Made by a program: the position numbers and the translations under genes | Shown here: one piece after another, positions 49,161 to 60,249 of the stretch | Layout: each line of letters opens with the position of its first letter | Position numbering within the stretch: the first letter of the stretch is position 1 | Source: Candidatus Latescibacterota bacterium | GTDB lineage: Bacteria; Krumholzibacteriota; Krumholzibacteriia; WVZY01 | Assembly (NCBI GenBank): GCA_963791045.1 | Contig: CAWBQK010000017.1 | Span: forward strand, 96,001 to 160,000 | Length of the DNA stretch: 64,000 bases | Reading direction: 5' to 3' | Notes under the pieces: generated by a model | The model's database searches: none | The model's input: only the letters and a program-made list of their open reading frames with translations | Told to the model about the DNA's origin: nothing

Positions 49161-51820
49161 CTATTTGAGAAGTACGGCCTTCCTCACAAACATTTGTTCA
49201 GCGGTCTGCATACGGAAGAAGTAGATACCCGATGACACCTGCTGGCCATACTGGTTGGTCCGGTTCCAGGTCGTTGTTTGAGCACCGGCGGGGCGAGTGT
49301 CGTTCACGAGTGTTCGCACCAGCCGACCGGCGACATCATAGACCTCAATTTTTACGTGTTCGCGGGCTTGCAGCGAGTAGCGGATGCTCGTCGAACTTCT
49401 GAACGGGTTCGGGTAGTTCTGGAGCAACGCGGTGCGGGCCGACGGGACGTCACCGATTCCAGTTACGTCGATTTCGAGACTCGTCGTGTCGCTTACCATG
49501 GCGACCGGCGCACAGCGTCCGTGTGCCACCCATGCGTCGTAAAAAATCTGGCCCGCGTCATTTGTAACGTTGTCGTCACGCAGGGCCAGGACATAATCCT
49601 TTGACACACTCTGATAGTAGAGCGTTGCTTCGGCAAAAACAGCCTCCGTGGGGAGTTCGTAGGTCGTGTCATCCCAGTACTGACCGTCGGCATACGAATA
49701 GTGTACGGGCGGAGACTGGATCGTCTCGAAGTTCGCGTTGGTAAACCCGCGGGGCGGGATGCGGTTGTCAGAATACACCGTATCATTGAGAACAAAATGG
49801 AAAGACGGCGCGGCGGGGTGGCCGACTATGGGAGCGAGGCGGGTTGAAATGCCCGGCTTGATCTCGTAGAGCTTGATGTCCTCGTCTTTCGTCAGGTCGC
49901 CGGTGGGTGCGTCGTACGCCCCGGATTCATAGACAAGGTTGTTTCCCGCGTCCCAGGCCTTGATGTTGATCCACATCCGCCGGCCTTCGGGGTAACCCGA
50001 TATGAGCTTGTGGCCGGTCTCGTTTGTAATCGTGACGGTGAGCGTCGGATGCGCTTCATCCTGTCCCGTGGCGAGCTGCCATGGTGGCAGCCTTCTGGAG
50101 CATCGAGATGGCGCGTTGCTTGGCATCCTGGAGCTGGGCGACATCGACTTCACCCGGGTAAAGGTCGGGCAGAATATCCAGTATAAAATAGTTGCCGCCC
50201 GTGAAATCATGATGGGGAAGGTCTGTCCGATTCGGACCGCCGGAGGCTCCTTTACCCGTCACGTCTGCCATATGGCAGTCCTGGCAGGTCGAGACGATTC
50301 CGTCCGGCTTAGCTCCGGCGAATTCGGGTGCAAAGACGCCTGATGCCGCGTACTGACTGGCTTCCCACTCGCTGTAGGTTCGCTCGACGGGGAACATGTT
50401 TCTCCTGTCACCGTCGGGATGTGGCGCGTCGAACGCGTCGAGAACGTACTCGGCCGGAGTGCTGCCTGCGAGAAACACGGGGTTGCTCACATCATGACAT
50501 GTGCCGCATATGTCGCTCTCTGTATGGAACGGGGAGTGAAGGAACTGGTGATCGGCAAGGGCGTCCGCATAGGGTCCGCGCCGGTAGGGATCGGCGTCGG
50601 CGACGATACTGTCCGTTGGCCGCGGAAACGGGCGTCCCATCGAGTGAGTCGAGGACGGCGGCGTCCTGGATCGGGCTTGTGCCGGGTTTGTAGACCGGAT
50701 CGACGGCGCGGTGGCAGAAATCACACTGGATTCCTTTGAAATCCTTATCGTTCAAGAGCCCGCCGCTTGTGTCTACCGATCGACCCTCGAGCCAGCCTGT
50801 CGGCGTGTGACAGCGGATACAAAGGTCTCCGACCGACGGTGCGTCCTGCTCGGCGACCGCCATGCAGGCGAGGAAAAGAGGATCGCGCATCGCCTGGCTC
50901 ATCATGCTGCCGCGCCAGTTGAACCACGGTTCGACATCGGTACTGTAATTCCCGTGACAGGCGACGCATGTCACGTCGGGGTCTTCATGCACTCCGGCCT
51001 CGTGCGGCTGCGAACCTGGGAGAATCATGTCACGGAGCGTAGTGGGCGCGAGTCCGGTAAATGCGTTTATCGTAAACGTCCCATCGCTCCAGTCCCCGCC
51101 GTAGTTTCCCGCCGCATCTCGGGCGATCACACGGATGATATTTTGCGACCCCGGATAATTATGAACAAACCAATCGAACGGTGTGTCCGGCGCATGGTTC
51201 TTTGCTATGGGATCAAAAGTGACGCCGTTGTCGTCCGAAAGATAAATATCAACAAAAGATATCCCGCTGGCGTCGGTCGCCATCCACGTTACCTGGTTGA
51301 CCGTGTTGGCGTCATAGACCTCTCCGCCGTTTGGCGTCATCACGGTGACAACAGGTGGGATGGTGTCCGTTGCGCCTGATGGAGTCAGGTACGGTGTAAC
51401 GTCACTGGCGGTGACGTTGACTATACTTCCAACATTGCCCGATGTCAGGCCGGGGAATGTCGGCGTGTTGGAAAAATTGAGAAGGTCCGTAATCTCAACG
51501 AGATTGATGAAGCCGTCATTGTCGGAGTCGTTATTTTCAACAGACTGGATGGCTTCCTCTGTGGATGCGTACATTCCGGAAGCGATTGCGGCTTCAACCT
51601 GAAGTCCGAAAGGGTTTCGCGTGCCGGACCCGCCAAAATCGAAGTGACAAACCCCGCAGTGGGCGCCGGTACTGGGGAGATCGGAGATCTGCGTGCCGTC
51701 CGCCACCGGGTATACGTTAAAAAAGGCTTTTTTGTATGGGTTTCTCGCGTCGATCTGCGAAGTGAAAAGAAGGCACAGCGCAAGAAATATGAACGCGGTG
51801 AACACAAGTGTCCTTCGCAT
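49161..51820 (-). CDS. Secreted multiheme c-type cytochrome with Ig-like domain and T9SS/FlgD-like C-terminal domain (frameshifts near 50610 and 50080)
   Basis: Signal peptide; six CxxCH (CGVCH, CVACH, CIRCH, CDFCH, CGTCH, CQDCH); PNGGE Ig-like segment; terminal LQNYPNPF..T.I.Y...YDVAGRLVRTL...SSGIYF.RM...K.VLLK. Joins ORFs 50492..51877, 50056..50724 and 49161..50210. Confidence 0.85.
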
Positions 51821-52063
51821 GATTGTGACCTTTCGGTTCGAGTGGCCTGAATGCACCCTTAGACATGAACATGACACCGTATTGCACCCCGGATTGTGGT
51901 TATTTTAACATGGAAAATGCGTCGAAATCAAGCGGTAAGACTCGGGGGAAAGCGAGATGACCGGCTGTGCATAAATGAATTAGGCGCCCCGAACAGTAAC
52001 GAGTTCACTGTAAATGGTTCAGTTAACTTCGAGTAGTTCCTTGTGGTATCCGATGCTTTCTTA

Positions 52064-52072
52064 TGGTATAAT
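52064..52072 (+). promoter_or_regulatory. Extended -10 promoter element
   Basis: TGGTATAAT (TGn-TATAAT) in the intergenic region about 230 nt upstream of ATG 52301. Confidence 0.35.
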
Positions 52073-52300
52073 ACCGCCGTGAGAGAAATCGCCTGGCGAG
52101 GGGGCCGGGCATCGCGGTTTCGTCGAAGAGGACACACAAACCTTCTAGCATCATTCGACCGAAGCCGACTGTGCAGCAAGAATAATAACCAAAGATTTAC
52201 AGCAGCAATCTGCCAAAGAACTGTGATCGATTTGTCGTCGCGGGATCTGGGTATGTGACCGGACCGGCGGGGGGGTGACACGTATTTCGAGGAGGGCTTC

Positions 52301-53013
52301 ATGGAACGATGGCTAAGGGCAGCACGTAGCGGCATGCTTGTCGCTATTGTATTGGTTGTGGTATTCGCCGGTGTCGAGGCGATTGCCGATCCGTGTCTCG
52401 TCGTATATCCGGCGAGTCCGTGCGAATATCATTACGATCCGGGTGAGTACTACACGGTTGGTTTTGGAGATTCTCTTTACGATCCGGCGTTCGATCGGGG
52501 AGGCGAGGTCCTCATCGATTTGCTTACCGGTGAAATCGCTCTCGATGTTTACCAGGCGCCGGTGATCTACGCACTTCGTCATGGATTCCGAAAACCAGGG
52601 TTATTACACGATCGATACCAGCTTTGATCTGGTTGTCGACGGGTTCAACAACGACCCGATAACCTATGAAAACATAATCCTGGTGTTCGACCGCGTGGAA
52701 CCGTCGATGGTGCGTCCCGGGTGTGTGGATCGACGGCAGTCCCGCTATGTATGACGAGTTTTTGGGGTGGTATTACCCGATCGGCGACCTCGTTGTATCA
52801 ACGCCGACACCGCGGGGTGGGAACGTCTCGGATATCGTGACTCAAAATCTCACGTGGGAGAATTGTATCGCCCTCCGGATCTACGCGTTTGCCGATGAGA
52901 ACTACAATCTCAACAGGGACGGCGGCGAGTGCTTCTCCGCGTATTCGCACGACACCACGGTTCCGGTCAAGGAATCGACGTGGGGTGCCGTCAAGGAGTT
53001 GTACTCCGAATAA
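52301..53013 (+). CDS. Secreted hypothetical protein with C-terminal STWGAVKELY motif (frameshifted)
   Basis: GGAGG RBS and signal peptide (AIA|DP). ORFs 52301..52627 and 52723..53013 are joined by a shifted segment (MDSENQGYYTID..FDLVVDGF). Confidence 0.65.
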
Positions 53014-53044
53014 GAGTTATCGTTGTTGGGGGGTGCACAAAGGA

Positions 53045-53100
53045 GAGCCTGAAACGGGAACCGGCAAGCAGCCCGGTTCCCGTTTCGAGGGCTTTTTTTG
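53045..53100. terminator. Intrinsic terminator between convergent genes
   Basis: GAAACGGGAACCGG/CCGGTTCCCGTTTC stem followed by GGGCTTTTTTT. Confidence 0.75.
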
Positions 53101-53111
53101 TCCGCAAACGA

Positions 53112-55158
53112 TCACAGTGTATCGGTATAACGATCTCGCAAGACCCGGCGCATTACCTTGTTTGATGCCGTCCGGGGGAGGGCGTCAACAATCAGAATGG
53201 CGCTGATCTTGAACAGGGGATTGAGCCCGGTGGCGATGGCACGCTGCATCGCTTTTTTTGTCGGCTCGGGTTCGAGTTCGGTGCTGCCGTCGGGAACGGC
53301 ATAAACAACAAGCTGGCTCGGCCCGCCCGCCGGTGGATTGAAAGCGATGGCCGCCGTCTCGAGGATTCCGTCGACCGATGCCAACGTCCTTTCGATCTCC
53401 GTCGAACTCACCTTGATGCCCCCGATATTCATTGTGTCGTCCGCCCGCCCGTGTCCGCGGTAATAACCGCCGGGAAGCTCCTCCGTTTCATCCCCATGAC
53501 GTCTCAACATTTCGCCATTGGGTCCGCGCGGTGTGTCGGTAAAATAGACTTCGTGGTGGTCGCGGTTCAAGAGCGTGTTGGAAAGTCCGATTGAAGGGGG
53601 AATTATAAAGAGCTCGCCGTTTGGGGTTGGGGTTCCGTTCTCGTCGAGGATCACATAATCGAGACCAAAAGATGGTGTTGAGAAAGTGGATGGCGAAGCG
53701 GGCTGGACGATCGTCCCGGAAATGTATCCGCCGCCGATTTCGGTGCCGCCGCAGTATTCGATAATAGGGCGATAGCCTGCGAGCGACATCAAGTAGAGAT
53801 AGTCATCGGAGTTCGAACACTCACCGGTGGAGCTGAAGGCCTTGATCGCGGTCCAGTCGAGTCCATCAACGGCGCCCAGGTTTTGCCAGGCTTTTACGAG
53901 GCTTGGTACGACACCTAGCATCTGGATCTTTGTGTTTTGGACAAACTCACAGAACTCGCGTGTAACCGGGGCTCCGTAATAGAGGGCCATCTTTGCCCGG
54001 TTGACGAGGCTGGCGTAGATGAGCCACGGTCCCATCATCCATCCAATGTTGGTCGGCCACGCGACCACCTCGCCGGGGTGGATATCGTGGTGCAAATATC
54101 CGTCCATCGCACATTTGATCGGCGTCGTGTGTGTCCACGGGATGGCTTTTGGGTCTCCGGTCGTTCCGGATGAAAAGAGGATATTGGTGACGTCGTCCGG
54201 ATCGCACGGAACCGGTTCGAAGACGTCATCGTCCAAAAGAAACTCGCTCCACGCCAGATCCTGTTCGCGGAGCGGTATTTCGATATCACGGGCGAGAGGT
54301 ATCACGATTGTTTTCTGCGGGCCGCGCATCGGCGAGTTTTTGATACATCGGGAGGGTTTTTCCCGCTCGGGATACGACATCCTGTGTGATGGCCGCTTTT
54401 GCGTGCGCAATGCGAAGACGTGTGGCAATCTCCTCGGCGGCGAAACTGTCCGCGATGGACACGACGGCGCACCCCGCCTTCACGATTCCCAGATAGGCTC
54501 CGACGGCCTCGACGGTCATGGGCATGGCGATGGCGATGCTGTCGCCGGGGACCAGTCCCATTTTGCACAACGAATTAGCTACACGATTGGACAGTCGATT
54601 CAACTCGTCGTAAGTCATCTCCTCTATCGGACCGCCCTCACGTTGATAAACGACGGCCGTGTCATCTCCGGGGGCCAGCAGACAGCTCTCCGCGATATTC
54701 AAACGGGCGCCGGGAAACCATCGGGGTGTCTCCGGACCTTCGGACGTATCTACGATCGCGGTTGGCTCCGTCATAAACTGAATGCCCAGGGCATCCACAA
54801 TATGCCGCCAGAAAGATTCACGGTTTTCGGCGGACCATCGGTGTAGCTCCTGGATCCTGGGAACACCGGCGCGCGTACAAAATGCCTTGATATTTGAGGA
54901 CTCGATTTCAGCCTCGGTTGGGATCCACGCGGGCGGTGGGCTTTGGGCGAGATCCCAGTCTTCAAACACTTTCTTATAGAGATGATTATGAATGGGATAG
55001 GGGATTTCAGGTGTGAGCACCGTCTCGGTGATCCGGCGCCAGGTCTCCGGGGCACTTTCACCCTCGGGAAGCTCCTGCAAAATGTCCGCAAATCTCCCCG
55101 CCTCATCCTCGCCGAGTCCGTGTTCGCGAAGCTGTTCCAATGACATTGTCGGCCGCAT
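53112..55158 (-). CDS. Acetyl/acyl-CoA synthetase-like AMP-binding enzyme (frameshift near 54320)
   Basis: WFPGARLNIA, FSSGTTGDPK AMP-binding motif, STGE, YCGGTE, HGD, GRADDTMNIGG.K, LPRTASNK. Confidence 0.88.
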
Positions 55159-55479
55159 TCGTGCCCCCTTCATAGATATGCAAGCTAATCCCTCTTCTGC
55201 CGAGTTCCCTGAAGGGTCGAGTATAGTACGATTTGGCCGCTCCCAAAAAAGAAAAAATGCGCCTCAAAAATTTGAACTTTTTAACGGGGTCTTCGTATGT
55301 AACTATATGACCCCATTGGAGCCTCAAGATGATACCAACGTGAAGTGTGGTGCCACGGCTCCGGGAAATCCCAATCGATATGACCGTTCGCCCGCCGGTA
55401 CAAGCAGGGCGAAGGGGTAATCTGCGTTTATACCGGTCTGAAGCCGGGTGTTGTGGACTCGTAAAGGAGGGAAGAGCAC

Positions 55480-58400
55480 ATGTTTAAATGGAGACTTCTC
55501 GCGATCATCCCGATCGTGATGCTTGTCACTATGGCCGCGCAGGCGGCGGGCGTTGAACCGCACGGTGCGATGATGCGTTATCCGGATGTGAGCGATTCGC
55601 ACATCGCGTTTCTTTATGCCAACGATTTGTGGTTGGTTTCGAGGGATGGCGGGGTTGCGACACCGCTGGCGAGCCCGCCGGGGGAAGAGGCCTACCCCAG
55701 GTTCAGTCCGGATGGCCGGACGATCGCCTTCATGGGGAATTATGATGGCGACATGGATCTGTATACCATCCCCGTTTCGGGTGGCGTTCCTTTCCGCGTG
55801 ACCCATCATCCAAGCAACGAAGTGCTGACTGGGTGGACGCCGGACGGCTCATTGATATACTGGATGTGGGGTTCATACGAGTACCCGCGGGCCCAGGAGC
55901 TGTTCACCGTGCCTGCCGGCGGTGGCCTTCCGGTCAAAATGCCGGTCCCTTACGGCGCGAGTGCGTGCGTCAGCGACGACGGGCAGTGGCTCGTTTATAC
56001 GCCATACAGCCGGGACCACAGGACCTGGAAGAGGTACCGCGGCGGAATGGCTACGGATATTTGGCTTTTCAATTTGACGGATAACACGTCGAAGAAAATC
56101 ACGGACTGGGAGGGTACGGACTCGCAGCCGATGTGGCACGGGGGCAAGGTTTATTATCTTTCTGACAACGGATCTTCCCACCGCTTGAACATCTGGGTCT
56201 ATGACATAGCGACCGAAGAGACCCGGCAAATTACCAAGTACAAAGATTATGACGTAAAATGGCCGGCCATCGGTCCGGGACCTGATGAACAGGGCGAAAT
56301 CGTTTTCCAGCTCGGCGCTGATATCTATCTCCTCGATCTGGAGTCGGAGAGTGCGGAGCGCGTTTCGATTTCGATCCCGGGCGATCGGCCGAAGGTGCGC
56401 GAACAAGCGGTCGATGTCTCCAAATTGATCTTTAACCTTGATATATCATCGACGGGCAAGAGAGTGGTCGCCGAAGCCAGGGGCGACATCTGGACGCTTC
56501 CGGCAAAAAAAGGATCCCCTCTCGCCATCACAAGAACGAGCGGCGTGGCGGAAAGGGATCCCGCATGGAGCCCCGACGGCAAGTCGATCGCGTACTTCTC
56601 CGACGAGACGGGCGAATACGAGCTCTACGTTACGCAGTCGGACGGACGCGGAGAGACACGCAGACTCACAAATTTGAAGGTCGGTTTTCTCTACACTCCT
56701 GTGTGGTCGCCCGACTCCAAGAAAATCTGTTTCTGGGATAAGGCGGGAGTGTTTTATCTCGCGGACGTAGAGAGCGGAAAAACCAAAGAGATCGACCGCC
56801 GGCGAGACTGGGGTCGTACCACTCCGGTGAGTTGGTCGAATGATTCGAAATGGATGGCATATGCGCTTGCCGACGGAATGATCGGTCAGAATGCGATATG
56901 GCTCTACAACGTTGAAACGGCGAAGAAACACCAGGTCACGAGCGGAATGTTCAATGATACCTGGCCGGTGTTTGACCGTGAAGGCAAGTACCTATATTTT
57001 GCGAGCCAGAGGGAATTCTCGAGTCCCATGTACGAAGACTTGGGGACCACGTGGATTTATGCGAAGACTGATCGCCTCTACATTGTCCCGTTGACAAACG
57101 AAGTCGATTCGCCGCTTTTGGCGAAAAGCGATGATGAGACGTGGGATGATGGCAAGGATAAGGAAGAAATAGACAATAAGGATGAGAAGGATAAAGACGG
57201 CAAGGACGACGACGCAAAGAAGGATGAAGAGAAAAAGACAGAGCCCGTCAAGATTGACATTGATGGGTTCGAACATCGCGCAGTGGAGTTGCCCGTGAAG
57301 CGCGGCAACTTCAGCCGCCTGTGTGTCAACGACAAGGGCAAGTTGATTTACACGCGCAATACGACACGCGGCGAAGACGGAGAAGCGTCGGTTCATATTC
57401 TTGATCTCGACGAAGAAAAGGAAGACAAGAAGGAACAAACCGTCGCGGATGGGATTCGCTCGTTCGTTATGACGGCGGACGGGAAAAAGCTTCTTCTGCT
57501 TACCTACAAACATCAGATGGCAATCGTTGACGCGAAGCCCGAGCAGAAACTCAAGGACATGGTGTCGACGTCGGGTATGACAAAACAACTCAACCCGCCG
57601 AAAGAATGGCGCCAGATCTTTGTCGATGCATGGCGGGTCCAGAGGGATTTCTTCTACGATCCCAACATGCACGGAGTGGACTGGAATGCCGTACGTCGCC
57701 AGTACGAAGCGATGCTAGAAGACTGTGCGACGAGGGAAGATGTGAGCTATGTCATCCGCGAGATGATCTCCGAGCTCAACGTCGGTCATGCATACTACTG
57801 GGGAGGCGATCTCGAGGATACCCCGACGGTAACAGTCGGTATGCCGGGCTGTGATTTTGCACTCGAGAACGGCGCTTACAAGATTACCCGGATTCTCGAG
57901 GGAGGCGCCTGGGATGTGGACGGACGCGGTCCGCTCAGTCAGCCAGGCGTCGATGTCAAGACCGGTGACTATCTGCTCGCCATAAACGGTGTGCCCGTGG
58001 ACACGGCGAAGGATCCGTGGGCCGGTCTTGCCGGACTCGCGAACCGCACGGTTACGCTCACTGTGAGCGAAGAACCGGTGATGAGCGACAAGGCGCGTCA
58101 TGTCCTGGTCAAACTGGGTGACAGCGATTACACACTCCGGTACCGGGCGTGGGTCGAGAAAAATCGCGCGTATGTCGCGGAGAAGACCAACGGCCGGGTG
58201 GGGTACATTTATGTGCCCAATACTTCGATCTCGGGGCAGAACGAACTGGTTCGCCAGTACTATAGCCAGCTCGACGCCGATGCGCTGATTATCGACGAAC
58301 GCTGGAACGGCGGCGGGCAGATCCCGACGCGTTTTGTTGAGCTTATGAATCGGCCGATCGCCAACTATTGGGCGCTCCGCGACAGGGACGATAGTTTTCC

Positions 58401-58824
58401 GTGGCCGCCGGACGCCCACCAGGGCCCGAAATGCATGCTGATCAACGGTCTTGCCGGGTCGGGGGGAGACTATTTCCCGTTCTGGTTCCGTGAAGCGGGG
58501 CTCGGGAAACTCATCGGCACCCGTACCTGGGGTGGCCTGGTGGGAATGAGTGGAAACCCAGCCCTCATCGACGGCGGATACACGAGTGCGCCCACGTTTG
58601 GGTTCTACGAGAAAGACGGAACCTGGGGGATCGAGGGACACGGTGTGGACCCTGATATTGAGGTCGTGGATGATCCCGCGCTGATGGTGGGCGGCAAAGA
58701 CCCGCAGATCGACGCGGCAATCCAACTGATGCTCGACGAAATCAAGGCCAACCCTTACAAAAAGACGAAACGGCCGAGATACCCGGATCGTAGCGGTATG
58801 GGGGTCACCGACAAGGATAAGTAG
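55480..58824 (+). CDS. Tricorn protease (peptidase S41)
   Basis: Signal peptide, beta-propeller repeats (P.WSPDG), KRYRGG, ELNVGH, PDZ-like segment, IIDERWNGGG, AGSGGD, RTWGG, IEGHGVDPD. Confidence 0.93.
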   Translation: MFKWRLLAIIPIVMLVTMAAQAAGVEPHGAMMRYPDVSDSHIAFLYANDLWLVSRDGGVATPLASPPGEEAYPRFSPDGRTIAFMGNYDGDMDLYTIPVSGGVPFRVTHHPSNEVLTGWTPDGSLIYWMWGSYEYPRAQELFTVPAGGGLPVKMPVPYGASACVSDDGQWLVYTPYSRDHRTWKRYRGGMATDIWLFNLTDNTSKKITDWEGTDSQPMWHGGKVYYLSDNGSSHRLNIWVYDIATEETRQITKYKDYDVKWPAIGPGPDEQGEIVFQLGADIYLLDLESESAERVSISIPGDRPKVREQAVDVSKLIFNLDISSTGKRVVAEARGDIWTLPAKKGSPLAITRTSGVAERDPAWSPDGKSIAYFSDETGEYELYVTQSDGRGETRRLTNLKVGFLYTPVWSPDSKKICFWDKAGVFYLADVESGKTKEIDRRRDWGRTTPVSWSNDSKWMAYALADGMIGQNAIWLYNVETAKKHQVTSGMFNDTWPVFDREGKYLYFASQREFSSPMYEDLGTTWIYAKTDRLYIVPLTNEVDSPLLAKSDDETWDDGKDKEEIDNKDEKDKDGKDDDAKKDEEKKTEPVKIDIDGFEHRAVELPVKRGNFSRLCVNDKGKLIYTRNTTRGEDGEASVHILDLDEEKEDKKEQTVADGIRSFVMTADGKKLLLLTYKHQMAIVDAKPEQKLKDMVSTSGMTKQLNPPKEWRQIFVDAWRVQRDFFYDPNMHGVDWNAVRRQYEAMLEDCATREDVSYVIREMISELNVGHAYYWGGDLEDTPTVTVGMPGCDFALENGAYKITRILEGGAWDVDGRGPLSQPGVDVKTGDYLLAINGVPVDTAKDPWAGLAGLANRTVTLTVSEEPVMSDKARHVLVKLGDSDYTLRYRAWVEKNRAYVAEKTNGRVGYIYVPNTSISGQNELVRQYYSQLDADALIIDERWNGGGQIPTRFVELMNRPIANYWALRDRDDSFPWPPDAHQGPKCMLINGLAGSGGDYFPFWFREAGLGKLIGTRTWGGLVGMSGNPALIDGGYTSAPTFGFYEKDGTWGIEGHGVDPDIEVVDDPALMVGGKDPQIDAAIQLMLDEIKANPYKKTKRPRYPDRSGMGVTDKDK

Positions 58825-59031
58825 TCGACAGGACCCGCGCCGGTGTAAACCTTCTGGATGGCCGGTCCCTTTTGGGGCCGGCCGTCGCGTACGGGAGATG
58901 AGGGCCCATCTGTGATTTCACGACGGAAGGTATCGAATTTGGTTGCCCTGGTTAACGATTGCAAGTAACCTCTACTAGTTTTAATCCAAATCACCAAAAC
59001 GGGCATATTGCTAACGCAAAGAGGTTTTGAC

Positions 59032-60249
59032 ATGAGCATTAGTGAGATCGCAAAAACGATCCACGCCTCGCCCACCCTGGCCTTGAACGAAAAAGCCGCG
59101 ATTCTCCGCGAAAAAGGGGATCCGGTTATTCATCTAGGTGGTGGGGAGCCGAAGACGAGATCGCCCGTAGACGCGATTCTCGCGACAACGGGTCTGTTGA
59201 ATTCAGGTGAAGTGAGATATACGCCGGCGGATGGGGTTCCCGCCCTCAAAAAGGCGATCATTCGCTACACCGAGGAGTTTTACGGCCGAAAAGTCGCGCC
59301 GGAAAATGTGATGGCATCCGGCGGCGCCAAGCAGGCGATCATGATCGCGCTGCAGACCGTTCTCAATCCGCAGGAAGAAGTCATCTATCCGGCGCCTTAC
59401 TGGGTGAGCTACCCGGATATGGCGAAGCTGTGCGGCGCCATCGGCATTGCTGTTCTTCCGGAGGATGGAACGTTCTACCCGCGGCTCAAAGATATAGAGG
59501 ACCGTGTTGGCTCTTACACAAGGGCCGTCATCATCAACAGTCCAAACAACCCGAGCGGCGCGATGTATTCGGAAGAGTTCATTGCCGATATTGTCGGATA
59601 CTGTGAGAAGAACGATCTCTATCTCATTATGGATGACATCTATCACCGGCTCGTGTTCGACGGCAAGAAAGCGCCTAACGTCTTCGATTATTCGAAGAAA
59701 CCATTGGATGAATCGAAGATCATTGTCATCAACGGCGTGTCGAAGCAATACGCGATGACCGGTTTTAGAATTGGTTGGGCGGTGGGGAGCAAGAAGTTAA
59801 TCGAAGTGATGACCAATATTCAGGGTCATCAGACTTCGGGGCCGTCGGTCATTCTTCAGATGGCGGCGGTAGGGGCGATCAACGGAATTCAGTCGAGTGT
59901 CGAAAATTTGCGTGTCACGCTTGAAAACAATCGTAACGTGATGATCGATCAACTCAAGTCGTTCGATGGTGTGAAAGTCTCCTCCCCGGACGGGACATTT
60001 TATTGCTTTGCTGATTTCAGCGTGTACGAGAAAAACTCGAACAAGCTCTCGGCATTTCTGATCGACAAAGTACAAGTGTTGACCGTTCCCGGCGCCGAAT
60101 TTGGTCTGGATGGATTTTTGCGGTTGAGCTACTGCGGCTCGATCAAAGATATCACCAGCGGGATCGAGAGGATGAAGTGGGCGTTGGATCCGAACTCGCC
60201 CAACGAGCTTTACATCGGTGATCGAAAACTCGTGAGGGATTGGACATGA
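59032..60249 (+). CDS. Aspartate/class I PLP-dependent aminotransferase
   Basis: GEP, YT..DG...L, P.PYWVSY, NSPNNPSG, DDIY, SKQYAMTGFRIG. Confidence 0.92.
   Translation: MSISEIAKTIHASPTLALNEKAAILREKGDPVIHLGGGEPKTRSPVDAILATTGLLNSGEVRYTPADGVPALKKAIIRYTEEFYGRKVAPENVMASGGAKQAIMIALQTVLNPQEEVIYPAPYWVSYPDMAKLCGAIGIAVLPEDGTFYPRLKDIEDRVGSYTRAVIINSPNNPSGAMYSEEFIADIVGYCEKNDLYLIMDDIYHRLVFDGKKAPNVFDYSKKPLDESKIIVINGVSKQYAMTGFRIGWAVGSKKLIEVMTNIQGHQTSGPSVILQMAAVGAINGIQSSVENLRVTLENNRNVMIDQLKSFDGVKVSSPDGTFYCFADFSVYEKNSNKLSAFLIDKVQVLTVPGAEFGLDGFLRLSYCGSIKDITSGIERMKWALDPNSPNELYIGDRKLVRDWT

Noticed and set aside
57125-57245. GAC/GAT/AAG-rich low-complexity stretch
   Set aside because: It encodes a D/E/K linker inside the tricorn protease, not a DNA repeat element.
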